Position numbers and translations under genes: made by a program. Below are positions 25,491 to 33,947 of a stretch of 50,148 nt of DNA, in pieces. The DNA lies in the NCBI GenBank assembly GCA_007116645.1, contig SKIA01000076.1, forward strand, positions 1 through 50,148. Direction: 5' to 3'. This stretch comes from Candidatus Woesearchaeota archaeon. Lineage in GTDB: Archaea > Nanobdellota > Nanobdellia > Woesearchaeales > SKIA01. Positions within the stretch are counted from its first letter, which is position 1; the number at the start of each line of letters is the position of its first letter. The notes under the pieces were generated by a model. That model was not told the origin of the DNA. It ran no database searches and saw only the letters and a program-made list of their open reading frames with translations.

Positions 25491-26324
25491 ATGAGTGGAG
25501 CAGTGACCAAGAGAACTACATTAATCCTTTTACTTACTATTTTCTCCCTGTTTGCACTCATTCCCATAGCACAAGCAAATACAGTGGTGTTTGAGCGATA
25601 CGACACTACAGCCACCATACAAGGAGACACTATTCTTGTAGAACGTGACGTGCGGATAAAAAATTCAGGCCTCACGCCTATCATCCCAGGAGAAGTACAC
25701 TTTAGACTCTACGAGCAACGAGGAGACACAAAAACGCCTATTGTCGTTAATAACTTTCGTGCACACTCAGAAACATCAGGAGACCTTACTACGCGAGTAA
25801 TGGAACGCGGAGGAGAAACAGACCTGAGCGTACACCTCTGGAATCCATTGCTTCCAAACTTTTACTACGACTTTACCATGACGTACGAGATGGAATTTTC
25901 TCCCTCGGGAATCTTGTTTTATGAAATTCGCTTGCCAAGAGAAGAAACAACTATTCCTATTGTTAACGAAAATACAGAATTTTACCTTGATAGGAGATAT
26001 TCAGTAACGTATGCGCCTGATGGAACGGTAAGTTCTGGAACGCCCACTGGAAACACTGTTGTTTCCTGGGATCGAAACAGCGACAACCGAGTTGTCGAGT
26101 ATTCGCGCATCCCGCTCCCAACGATTGGTGTGCGCGCAGTAAACGTATTTTGGATAATTATTATCATGCTCTTAGTCGGTGTGTTCATACTCTCACTAAA
26201 GCGCTCAAAATCATCTGGAAGAAAACCTGTGCAAACACAAGGACCCGGAGGATGGCAACAACAGCCTCCACAACAACAGTATTACCAGCAGCAACCTCCA
26301 CAACAACAATATGGTCCGAGGTGA
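25491..26324 (+). CDS. Surface protein with signal peptide, C-terminal TM and Gln/Pro-rich cytoplasmic tail
   Basis: Signal peptide (LLLTIFSLFALIPIAQA), a CARDB-like strand (VERDVRIKNSGLTPIIPGEVHF) and a TM (VFWIIIIMLLVGVFILSL). The tail reads GPGGWQQQPPQQQYYQQQPPQQQYGPR. Confidence 0.7.
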   Translation: MSGAVTKRTTLILLLTIFSLFALIPIAQANTVVFERYDTTATIQGDTILVERDVRIKNSGLTPIIPGEVHFRLYEQRGDTKTPIVVNNFRAHSETSGDLTTRVMERGGETDLSVHLWNPLLPNFYYDFTMTYEMEFSPSGILFYEIRLPREETTIPIVNENTEFYLDRRYSVTYAPDGTVSSGTPTGNTVVSWDRNSDNRVVEYSRIPLPTIGVRAVNVFWIIIIMLLVGVFILSLKRSKSSGRKPVQTQGPGGWQQQPPQQQYYQQQPPQQQYGPR

Positions 26325-26328
26325 CAAT

Positions 26329-27897
26329 ATGAAATGGGCACTCATTATTTGCGCACTCATCTTACTTCCAGTCGCCCTTGCGTCGGATCCTGTACGCGTA
26401 GAAATTGAGGAAACAGGAAAAATAACCAACTACCTGGACACGTACTGGGTTGTACAAGTCAATGGTTCAGGAACAATTTACAACCCCTCAGACAGCGACT
26501 TATTTGACGTCAGACTTTTTTACGACTTGCTCGGACTTGACATTCTTGACTTGGGAGGGGATGCGACTATTGATCAAAACAGTCTGTCGTTTAGACGGAT
26601 ACCAGCATTTTCCTCAAGAGACTTTTCATATGCAATCATTGGAATAACCACAGAACCTCCCACACTTCGAAACCGAGGGGTATTGTATACGGGCTTGTCA
26701 AAACGCACCACGCGCATTTACAGTGACATCTTTGGCGAACTACAAAAAGCGCCGCTTGAAGACTCAACCGTTACCGGAAGGGACGGAAGACTCATCTCAG
26801 TAACACTACAAAACCCGACTACGCTTCAATACACAATAGAATCTCTGCGCGTGTTCAAAACGCCATTGCTTGACCCGAATCAAATCCTTGATGAGTGGCA
26901 AGTAGTGGACTCTGACAGTCCACGCATCCTTGATGCAAACGGATTCTTCGTACATGACATACTTGACTATAACAGCGCAGAAGGACTTGTCTATTGGCTT
27001 GAAAGTGAAGTATACATCAGCCGCGTGGACTTATTTGATAACAACACACTCGAACGATTTACTGAAGAAGACCTTTTGGTTCCAATTGAAGAGCTCAACT
27101 TTACTAATCAAACCCTTAACAGAACATCAGAATTTCTTTCAGCAGACTATGCGATACGAAAACGAATCTCAGACACCATTGCAGTTCCCGGAGAGCCTGT
27201 AACTGTGATGCTTATTTTGTATAATTTCGGAGAGCGTATACAGCGATATGCTGTAGAAGACACACTGCCCACAGGGTTTATGTCAAACAATGACTTACGT
27301 TGGCAAGGAGACCTTCCTGCACGAAACTCAGTAGTGCTCTCGTATGAAACAACACTCGAAGATACAGACACCGCAGGGTTTGATGTGTTTCCGCGCGCAA
27401 CGCTGCGAGCTGACGGAAAAACATTTTTTTCACAAGAAATTCCGTTTGTGAGACAATTTATTCCTGATGAACGCATCTACATACAAAAACGTGTCTCGCT
27501 AAGAGATGACGATAAAGTACGTATCACGCTGCGCGTACAAAACCTTGGAGTCAATCCGCTGTCAGGATCAACCCTTGTTGAGTACTTAGATGATCACCAT
27601 CTCTTCTCAGAAATCACTGAGCTTCCAGAATCGCGCGGTCAGTGGCGCGTTCCTGTCATCGCTCCTGGTGGTACGTGGGAAGTAAGCTATATTACAGAAC
27701 AAAACGGTCCTCTCACGCGCCTCCCAACACTGTATGGAGTGTCTTCACAAAACGTGCTCAGAAGTATTGTTGTTGACAATATTGTTCGAGAAGGATGGGT
27801 GTTTGCGCGGCAAAACAGAATAGAGCTGTTTGGCATAACACTAGTTGTGCTCTTACCTTTAGTTTACCTTGTAGGAAGAAAACAAGAATGGTTTTAG
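26329..27897 (+). CDS. Surface protein with DUF11-like domain and C-terminal TM anchor
   Basis: MKWALIICALILLPVALA signal peptide with GAGGTGA Shine-Dalgarno 4 nt upstream of ATG 26329. AVPGEPVTVMLILYNFGERIQRYAVEDTLPTGF resembles the DUF11 repeat. The C-terminal TM is LFGITLVVLLPLVYLV. Confidence 0.7.
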   Translation: MKWALIICALILLPVALASDPVRVEIEETGKITNYLDTYWVVQVNGSGTIYNPSDSDLFDVRLFYDLLGLDILDLGGDATIDQNSLSFRRIPAFSSRDFSYAIIGITTEPPTLRNRGVLYTGLSKRTTRIYSDIFGELQKAPLEDSTVTGRDGRLISVTLQNPTTLQYTIESLRVFKTPLLDPNQILDEWQVVDSDSPRILDANGFFVHDILDYNSAEGLVYWLESEVYISRVDLFDNNTLERFTEEDLLVPIEELNFTNQTLNRTSEFLSADYAIRKRISDTIAVPGEPVTVMLILYNFGERIQRYAVEDTLPTGFMSNNDLRWQGDLPARNSVVLSYETTLEDTDTAGFDVFPRATLRADGKTFFSQEIPFVRQFIPDERIYIQKRVSLRDDDKVRITLRVQNLGVNPLSGSTLVEYLDDHHLFSEITELPESRGQWRVPVIAPGGTWEVSYITEQNGPLTRLPTLYGVSSQNVLRSIVVDNIVREGWVFARQNRIELFGITLVVLLPLVYLVGRKQEWF

Positions 27898-28151
27898 TTA
27901 TTCAAGGAGCGCAACTGCTCGTTGGTGCGGGCTATTTCTTCAGAAAAATCTGCGTTAATAAGTCCTGGTGAACACTTGGTGAGTGGTCGTGCTTCGTATG
28001 CGCAGTCAAGAGCGTTTACTGCGTCATCAGCAAATTCTACTGTGCGCTCAGAAACCTCATATGCGAGTGCTTCAAGATCTGCGAGCACACCAAATATTGC
28101 AATCAGTGCTATTGGCAGTCCAATGATGGGAAACACAACAATTTCGTTCAT
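27894..28151 (-). CDS. Small membrane-anchored hypothetical protein (85 aa)
   Basis: N-terminal TM (VVFPIIGLPIALIAIFGVL) and a TATA box exactly 22 nt upstream. Confidence 0.5.
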   Translation of the reverse strand: MNEIVVFPIIGLPIALIAIFGVLADLEALAYEVSERTVEFADDAVNALDCAYEARPLTKCSPGLINADFSEEIARTNEQLRSLNN

Positions 28152-28173
28152 TACTTAAGAGTAGTTATGTTCG

Positions 28174-28181
28174 TATTTAAA
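28174..28181 (-). promoter_or_regulatory. TATA box (TTTAAATA on minus strand), 22 nt upstream of ATG 28151
   Basis: Spacing rule. Confidence 0.55.
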
Positions 28182-28236
28182 TGTTCTGGATTGTTGTTCT
28201 TGTTCAGTGAAAACAAAAAAGATATTGTACCAAAAG

Positions 28237-28252
28237 TGTATAATGATATACA
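28237..28252. promoter_or_regulatory. Palindrome TGTATA-ATGA-TATACA upstream of the wHTH gene promoter
   Basis: 6-4-6 inverted repeat located 14-29 nt upstream of the TATA box at 28266. Candidate operator for the adjacent wHTH protein. Confidence 0.3.
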
Positions 28253-28265
28253 AAACACGATAGCT

Positions 28266-28273
28266 TTTTATAT
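28266..28273 (+). promoter_or_regulatory. TATA box TTTTATAT, 24 nt upstream of GTG 28298
   Basis: Spacing rule, with the same 24-nt gap as the other GTG start. Confidence 0.5.
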
Positions 28274-28297
28274 TACTCTGAACAGAAACTCACTACA

Positions 28298-28804
28298 GTG
28301 ACTGCTGAGCAAGAGATCCTTTCAGCCTATGGAGAGAACCCAAACGCCATCTACAGTATTAACGAGATAGCGCGCCGCATAGGAAAAGCATATCCGAACG
28401 TACACAAAACAGTACGCACGCTCGTTGACAAAGGAATTCTCAAACGACACGAAGTAGGAAGAAGCCATTTGTGCTCAGTAAACCTTGATGACAACAGAGC
28501 AGTACTTCTCTTAGCGCTTAATCACACAAGCAAATACGAAAGCCTCACAGAAGACATCAAGCAACAAGTTGCAAAGCTCAAAGCCCGACCACACGACATC
28601 ATCTTATACCACGAAACACGAGACGAACTCATCATAGTAAACCAAGAACCAGCAACAGACAGCATCACCCCACAACAACTACACAGAAGACTACTCGAAG
28701 ACGAAACACTCTACTCACACCACACCCTGATTGCAGGATACGAAAACTTTTACTCGCTTATCACCACCCCAGAAATCACTCGGAGGTACCACCCCCTCCT
28801 ATGA
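28298..28804 (+). CDS. Winged-helix DNA-binding protein (putative transcriptional regulator)
   Basis: YSINEIARRIGKAYPNVHKTVRTLVDKGILKRHEVGRSHLCSVN is a typical wHTH. It resembles the N-terminus of the MNT protein at 7820. ATGA overlap with the downstream surface-protein gene. Confidence 0.65.
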   Translation: MTAEQEILSAYGENPNAIYSINEIARRIGKAYPNVHKTVRTLVDKGILKRHEVGRSHLCSVNLDDNRAVLLLALNHTSKYESLTEDIKQQVAKLKARPHDIILYHETRDELIIVNQEPATDSITPQQLHRRLLEDETLYSHHTLIAGYENFYSLITTPEITRRYHPLL

Positions 28805-31110
28805 AACAACTTTTCCAACTCCTCATCTTGCTCGCACTCATACCCCTAGCAACAGCAATCACTATCACAGCTCCAACAGAAGATATCACAACAACAACGC
28901 TACCTGCACAAGTAACTGCAACGTGGGATGCAAACCACACACAGTACACAGTGGTACTCACAAGAAACGGAACGCCGCACACAAACACCACAACAACCAC
29001 AAACAGTATTGGCTTAACACTCCAAGCAGGACTCTACGAATTAACAGTAGCAAGCAACACCACACAAGACACCACAAGCTTTACTGTGGCTCAAGAACAA
29101 CCACCAGTACAACTCACTTTAAGCACGAACAAACAAACATACGAAACACAAGAAACCGTACAACTCGCAGTCACCTCAACACGAACTGTCACTGCAACGC
29201 TAGACATCTTGCGAGAATCAGAAGTGGTTGACACATACACGATACCACTAGAAAGCAGCGTGAACTTGATTTACATTCCAGAACAACCAGGAGCCTATCA
29301 AGCACGCATACAAGCAGACGGACAAACAGCAACAGCAACATTTACTGTCATAGAAAAGCCGCCGCTAGAAATAAACTTTGTACATCAACCAGCACACGTT
29401 AACAGACCAACACAATTTAACGCAACAGCCACAGGAGGCACAGCGCCGTATACCTATCAATGGTTGTTCTCAGATGAAACAACGAGTAGCGGCAGAAACG
29501 TATTGCACTACTTTTTCGAAGAAGGACCTCATAGCGCAACGCTTATCGTAACGGACGCAGAAGGAGAACAAAAGAGCACTACACAAAACTTTGAGGTCAC
29601 AACACCATCATTCACACTAGACGTGGTGGTGAGAAAAACGAATGGAGACCTTGTGCAAGGAGCAACAGTGCGACTGACACAAACAGGGTACAACGAAACA
29701 AAAACCACGGCATCATCAGGACTTGTAACGTTTGAACAGCTCAGAGGAAACTACACCCTTACACTCACACACCAAGGAGAACAACGCATCACAGAAACAA
29801 TAGAAATGGTGCGCGACAGAACAAAAGTGTACACTCTACAACCGACACAAGAAATTGAAGAAGAAGTCGTAGAAGAAGAAGTTGAAGAGAAAGCTGTTGA
29901 AGAAACTCCTCAAGAACCTGAGCAAACAAGTGAAGTAAACCAAATAGTCCCAACACAAGCAACAACGCAAAACACGCTCCAAGAAAAAAGAGCACAAGCA
30001 CGAGAAGAACTCACTCAAAGACGATTCAACCTGCAGCTCTCAGCAACAAAAGACGAAGTGCTCAAAACGCTTGGCCTATACGATGAATTCGATCAAGCAC
30101 TACGACGAATAGATACAGCAACAGAAACACAACTTGCAAACATCCTTGCACAAGCACCAAAAGACGTTCGCATACGAGACGAACAAACACGCATCACATA
30201 TCCTGAACCACAAGACGTAGAAGACTTCACAGAGCAATTTCTAGAAGTACGAGGAGTACAAGACGAGCGCCTTGCAAGACAATACAGACACAGCATACAA
30301 GAAACAAGCCAAGACGTCATTATCCGTACAACAACAAAATCAGTAACGATAGTATACGAAAACACGAACAAAGACTATGTCATCATCAAAAAAGAAGTGA
30401 CTGCTCCAGAAGACTCTTACGCAGTAGAATTCATACCGCAAACACTTGCACAAGACGTGAGCAGACTCAGCATACAAGGCGACTACGACGTTCTCAGAGC
30501 AAACCCTGTCTTACGATTTCACAGTGAAGAATACGGCTACTGGGCAGAAACACGTACAGGATCGCCAGGATACACCCTTGTAGTTCCAGAGCAACTCCAA
30601 GACCCACCAGGACTACTAGGGTTTGTCACGATACGCCTTGGAGAAGCAAACCCTATGCGAGGAATACTTTACATTTTTTTACTCGGAATATTCCTTGTAG
30701 GAATCGTAGCAGGAGGAAAAGTAAGCAAAAAACGACAGCAGTCACACCTCTTTGAAGACTTCACAGAACTCACACACCAAGCACTTGACGCAATCAACCA
30801 AGGAAGAGGAGCACAAGCAGCACACATAACACCAGAAATTATTGCGATATACCAAGAACTTCCTGAAAGCCAACAAGCAACAGTACGAGACATCATCGAG
30901 CACCTCAAAATAAACGAGCAAGAACAACACTTCATACAAACACTAAACAATGCATATGAAACCATCAACGCAAACGGAGACATCAACACCATCTCCTCAG
31001 CGTACGAAACAACACTTACAGCCTACGAAGCACTTCCAGAACAACTCAAAGAACAACTCAAAACACACATCGATCAACTACACACATACCTAGACAACTA
31101 TACACAATGA
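28801..31110 (+). CDS. Surface protein: signal peptide, PKD domain, CarboxypepD_reg-like domain, acidic linker, TM, cytoplasmic tail
   Basis: PKD-like segment FNATATGGTAPYTYQWLFSDETTSSGRNVLHYFFEEGPHSATLIVTDAEGE and a beta-sandwich VVVRKTNGDLVQGATVRLTQTGY. The acidic linker is EEEVVEEEVEEKAVEETPQEPEQ and the TM is ILYIFLLGIFLVGIVAGG. Confidence 0.75.
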   Translation: MKQLFQLLILLALIPLATAITITAPTEDITTTTLPAQVTATWDANHTQYTVVLTRNGTPHTNTTTTTNSIGLTLQAGLYELTVASNTTQDTTSFTVAQEQPPVQLTLSTNKQTYETQETVQLAVTSTRTVTATLDILRESEVVDTYTIPLESSVNLIYIPEQPGAYQARIQADGQTATATFTVIEKPPLEINFVHQPAHVNRPTQFNATATGGTAPYTYQWLFSDETTSSGRNVLHYFFEEGPHSATLIVTDAEGEQKSTTQNFEVTTPSFTLDVVVRKTNGDLVQGATVRLTQTGYNETKTTASSGLVTFEQLRGNYTLTLTHQGEQRITETIEMVRDRTKVYTLQPTQEIEEEVVEEEVEEKAVEETPQEPEQTSEVNQIVPTQATTQNTLQEKRAQAREELTQRRFNLQLSATKDEVLKTLGLYDEFDQALRRIDTATETQLANILAQAPKDVRIRDEQTRITYPEPQDVEDFTEQFLEVRGVQDERLARQYRHSIQETSQDVIIRTTTKSVTIVYENTNKDYVIIKKEVTAPEDSYAVEFIPQTLAQDVSRLSIQGDYDVLRANPVLRFHSEEYGYWAETRTGSPGYTLVVPEQLQDPPGLLGFVTIRLGEANPMRGILYIFLLGIFLVGIVAGGKVSKKRQQSHLFEDFTELTHQALDAINQGRGAQAAHITPEIIAIYQELPESQQATVRDIIEHLKINEQEQHFIQTLNNAYETINANGDINTISSAYETTLTAYEALPEQLKEQLKTHIDQLHTYLDNYTQ

Positions 31111-33947
31111 ACAAGCGAGAGGTGAGAGCAATCATTGGCATACTCTTCTTAGTACTACTGCTCCCCACAGCCATTGCATCCTATGAAGCAAACATTAGAG
31201 AAGACATTTTCTTAGTGCGCCCAGACAACGAATACGTCATCAACGATCCCTTTCCCACATATCTTGAAAATGAAGACCTCATCTTCTTTGCCTGCCTTGA
31301 AACAACAAACGTTCCTCTAAGACTCTCAGTACTCTGCCAAGACACCAACGAATTCGTCGATGTGCAAGCATGGCAGTTTGGACCACTCAACTGCTACGTT
31401 GGAAGCATAAACCTTGAGCAACTTGACTGCACACGAGCACTCGTACAAGCAGACTACGTCACAGAAGGAGAAAACAGAAAACTATCACAAGAAATACGCA
31501 TCAACAAATTCTCAGAAACACTCAACAGAGTAGTAGAAACACAATTTACTGACGGAGGATGGCAAACTCCTCTAGACACGGCTTATGGTCTACTCGTACT
31601 CTCTGCATTTCCAGAAATATTTCCTGAACGCATAAACAACGCGCTCGAATACTTACGAGACAACAGAGACGAAGAAGGAAAATGCTGGCCACAAGAACAA
31701 TGCCGCGTAAGCACGACAGCAAATATCTTGTTCTTACTCAACAAAGCTGGATTTGAGGACCTACGAATACAACACGACGGAAGAATATATCTTGAAAAAA
31801 CACAAAATTACTTGACAGGACAAAACTGGACGGTACGCATACAAGACCACCCATTAAACCTGAACAACACTCTTAACACGAGTTGTGTGTACGACTACAA
31901 AGACCGATTACCCGTAATATTTACTCTCAACAAACACCCGGACACAAGAGAAATAAGTTTTCGACCCGAATACAATGCATACACAAGCGTGGTATGCACA
32001 GAAAACATTATAGTGAGCTTTAGAAACGAGTTCGGAGAACAACTCGTAGGATACCAAGGAGACAACTTCACGTACACCATACCCCCACCTTGCTGGACGC
32101 AAAATAACGAAAACATCACGTGCGACCTACGAACATCACTGTTTGCGGTTAACACTCCGCTGCTGCCCGGACAACGAACAGCAGCACTCAACCATCTTAA
32201 CACACTTGTCAAACCGGACAGAACTGCAGGAAGCAGCCTACTTGGAGCAAGAAACGTCATAAACGACGCACTCTACCTGTACGCAACAACCAACAACCAA
32301 CAAGCAATCATCACAAACCTGCGTTACTACCAAACAAACGATGGAGCATGGAGAATGCTTGACACCTACTACGAACGAACATACTACGAAGTAGACGATG
32401 ATGAATACAACAACTTGCGCGCACGCGTCACAGACACAGTATCACACGACATCATCAACACAGGGTATGCAGTCATGGCGCTCTTGCAACGAGGATACGA
32501 CAGAACAGCAGAAGCAATCCTTGACGCAGAACGATGGGTATCACTCAACGAAGACGCGACCAGCCTGAACGTAAGCGACGAAGACCTCACAGAAGCAGAC
32601 GTCGTAGCAGAATACCTAGCAAACACTACCATGATACTCGAAGATGTCAAGCGAAATGCCATGGCATTTTATGTGCTCAAAAACAACGCACGACCATTGC
32701 TTGTCGCAAACCCGAGCGTCATCCTCATGAACCGAGAACGCGTAGAAGTAGATATCACAAACCCAACCATCTTTGATCTAGAAGACGTTTCCTTGGAGCT
32801 TTCTGAGAGTCTTAGACCATACATAGAAGTAGAGCAAAGAGATTTTGTTGGAGCCTACAGCATGAGAAGAGTGCCGCTCACCCTGAGAACAAACGATGAC
32901 GTCTCAGAAATAGGATATCTCAGACTGCTCAAAGACCAAGATGAATACCTACGCGTACCCATCATCCTTGAGAGCGCGCCCACTCTGCGCATCACACTCT
33001 CAGAAAGACTCACCGTCTTTGGAAGCACCTACACCTTCCCGTTCCAAGTAGAAAAAAGCAATCACGAATTCGTGTGCTCACTAGAATGGGAAACACCAGG
33101 AATCAGCAGCGCAGCAACCTTTAACATCAACGCAATAAACTCCACCACATATAACTTCCCCGTACGGTTTGCAGTACTAGAAACAGAAAACAGAATTTAT
33201 GAAGGAACAATCGAGTGCGTAGCCAACAGAGTACGCTTCAACATCCCTTTCGCAGTCAACATACAACGATTCTCAAACAGACCATTCGAGGTATTTCCAC
33301 AACAAATAAGCATTACAGAATTAGAACAAAGAGAGTCCATACAAATTCGCAACCTGCTTGACGAGGGAATAGACGTAGAAGTACGTCTGAGAACACCAGA
33401 TCCCTTCGTAAGTGTTTCCGATGTGTTTTTATCACTCTTTCCAGGAGAAACAAGAAATATTAGCGTAGAAATCGTTCCTCCCCAAGGAGAAAATCATACC
33501 ACAGCAAACAGCATTATTTTTACCTCACTAGGAGTAGAAGAACGAGTGCTCCTTAATGCAGAAATATTTGCACAAGAAGAAACAGAGTTCTCATGGATAA
33601 TCCTTGCCATCGTGCTCGGAGTGTTTGCTACAGGAGCAATAGGACTAGGAGTGTATGCATACAAGCACAAAAAAGAACTTGGAGCATGGTATACATCAAA
33701 GTTTAGAAAAGAAGATGTGCGCGCACAAGTACTAAGACAAATAGCAGAGATGGAACGAGAAGAAGAACTCCTTGCAATCAAAAACATGATGCGCATACAC
33801 AAACTACAAGGACTCAAAGACACTGCTGTACGAAAAAAGCTTCTCGAACAAGGATACTCAGAAACAGACATCGACGAAGCACTCAAAGCACAAGACACTC
33901 CCAAAGAAGAAACAAAAGCGCCAACCTCAGCGCCGGCCAAGAGCTAA
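31107..33947 (+). CDS. Surface protein with QW-repeat alpha/alpha-toroid (prenyltransferase/terpene-cyclase-like) ectodomain, TM and cytoplasmic tail
   Basis: Signal peptide plus three QW-like repeats (ETQFTDGGWQ, EYLRDNRDEEGKCW, LRYYQTNDGAWR) and downstream beta-rich domains. The TM is WIILAIVLGVFATGAIGLGVYAY. The tail contains KKLLEQGYSETDIDEALKA. Confidence 0.7.
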   Translation: MNKREVRAIIGILFLVLLLPTAIASYEANIREDIFLVRPDNEYVINDPFPTYLENEDLIFFACLETTNVPLRLSVLCQDTNEFVDVQAWQFGPLNCYVGSINLEQLDCTRALVQADYVTEGENRKLSQEIRINKFSETLNRVVETQFTDGGWQTPLDTAYGLLVLSAFPEIFPERINNALEYLRDNRDEEGKCWPQEQCRVSTTANILFLLNKAGFEDLRIQHDGRIYLEKTQNYLTGQNWTVRIQDHPLNLNNTLNTSCVYDYKDRLPVIFTLNKHPDTREISFRPEYNAYTSVVCTENIIVSFRNEFGEQLVGYQGDNFTYTIPPPCWTQNNENITCDLRTSLFAVNTPLLPGQRTAALNHLNTLVKPDRTAGSSLLGARNVINDALYLYATTNNQQAIITNLRYYQTNDGAWRMLDTYYERTYYEVDDDEYNNLRARVTDTVSHDIINTGYAVMALLQRGYDRTAEAILDAERWVSLNEDATSLNVSDEDLTEADVVAEYLANTTMILEDVKRNAMAFYVLKNNARPLLVANPSVILMNRERVEVDITNPTIFDLEDVSLELSESLRPYIEVEQRDFVGAYSMRRVPLTLRTNDDVSEIGYLRLLKDQDEYLRVPIILESAPTLRITLSERLTVFGSTYTFPFQVEKSNHEFVCSLEWETPGISSAATFNINAINSTTYNFPVRFAVLETENRIYEGTIECVANRVRFNIPFAVNIQRFSNRPFEVFPQQISITELEQRESIQIRNLLDEGIDVEVRLRTPDPFVSVSDVFLSLFPGETRNISVEIVPPQGENHTTANSIIFTSLGVEERVLLNAEIFAQEETEFSWIILAIVLGVFATGAIGLGVYAYKHKKELGAWYTSKFRKEDVRAQVLRQIAEMEREEELLAIKNMMRIHKLQGLKDTAVRKKLLEQGYSETDIDEALKAQDTPKEETKAPTSAPAKS

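Noticed and set aside
28731-29231. 166-aa plus-strand ORF (His/Asn/Thr-rich) overlapping the start of the 769-aa surface protein gene
   Set aside because: It is an off-frame reading of an A/C-rich coding region. It has no start context, and the overlapping frame has a signal peptide and a PKD domain.
31683-31703. CWPQEQC in the toroid protein as an alpha-2-macroglobulin-type thioester site
   Set aside because: The canonical thioester motif is C-G/L-E-Q with Cys three residues before Gln. Here the spacing and context differ (C-W-P-Q-E-Q-C) and the second Cys suggests a disulfide. I keep it only as a note for structural follow-up.
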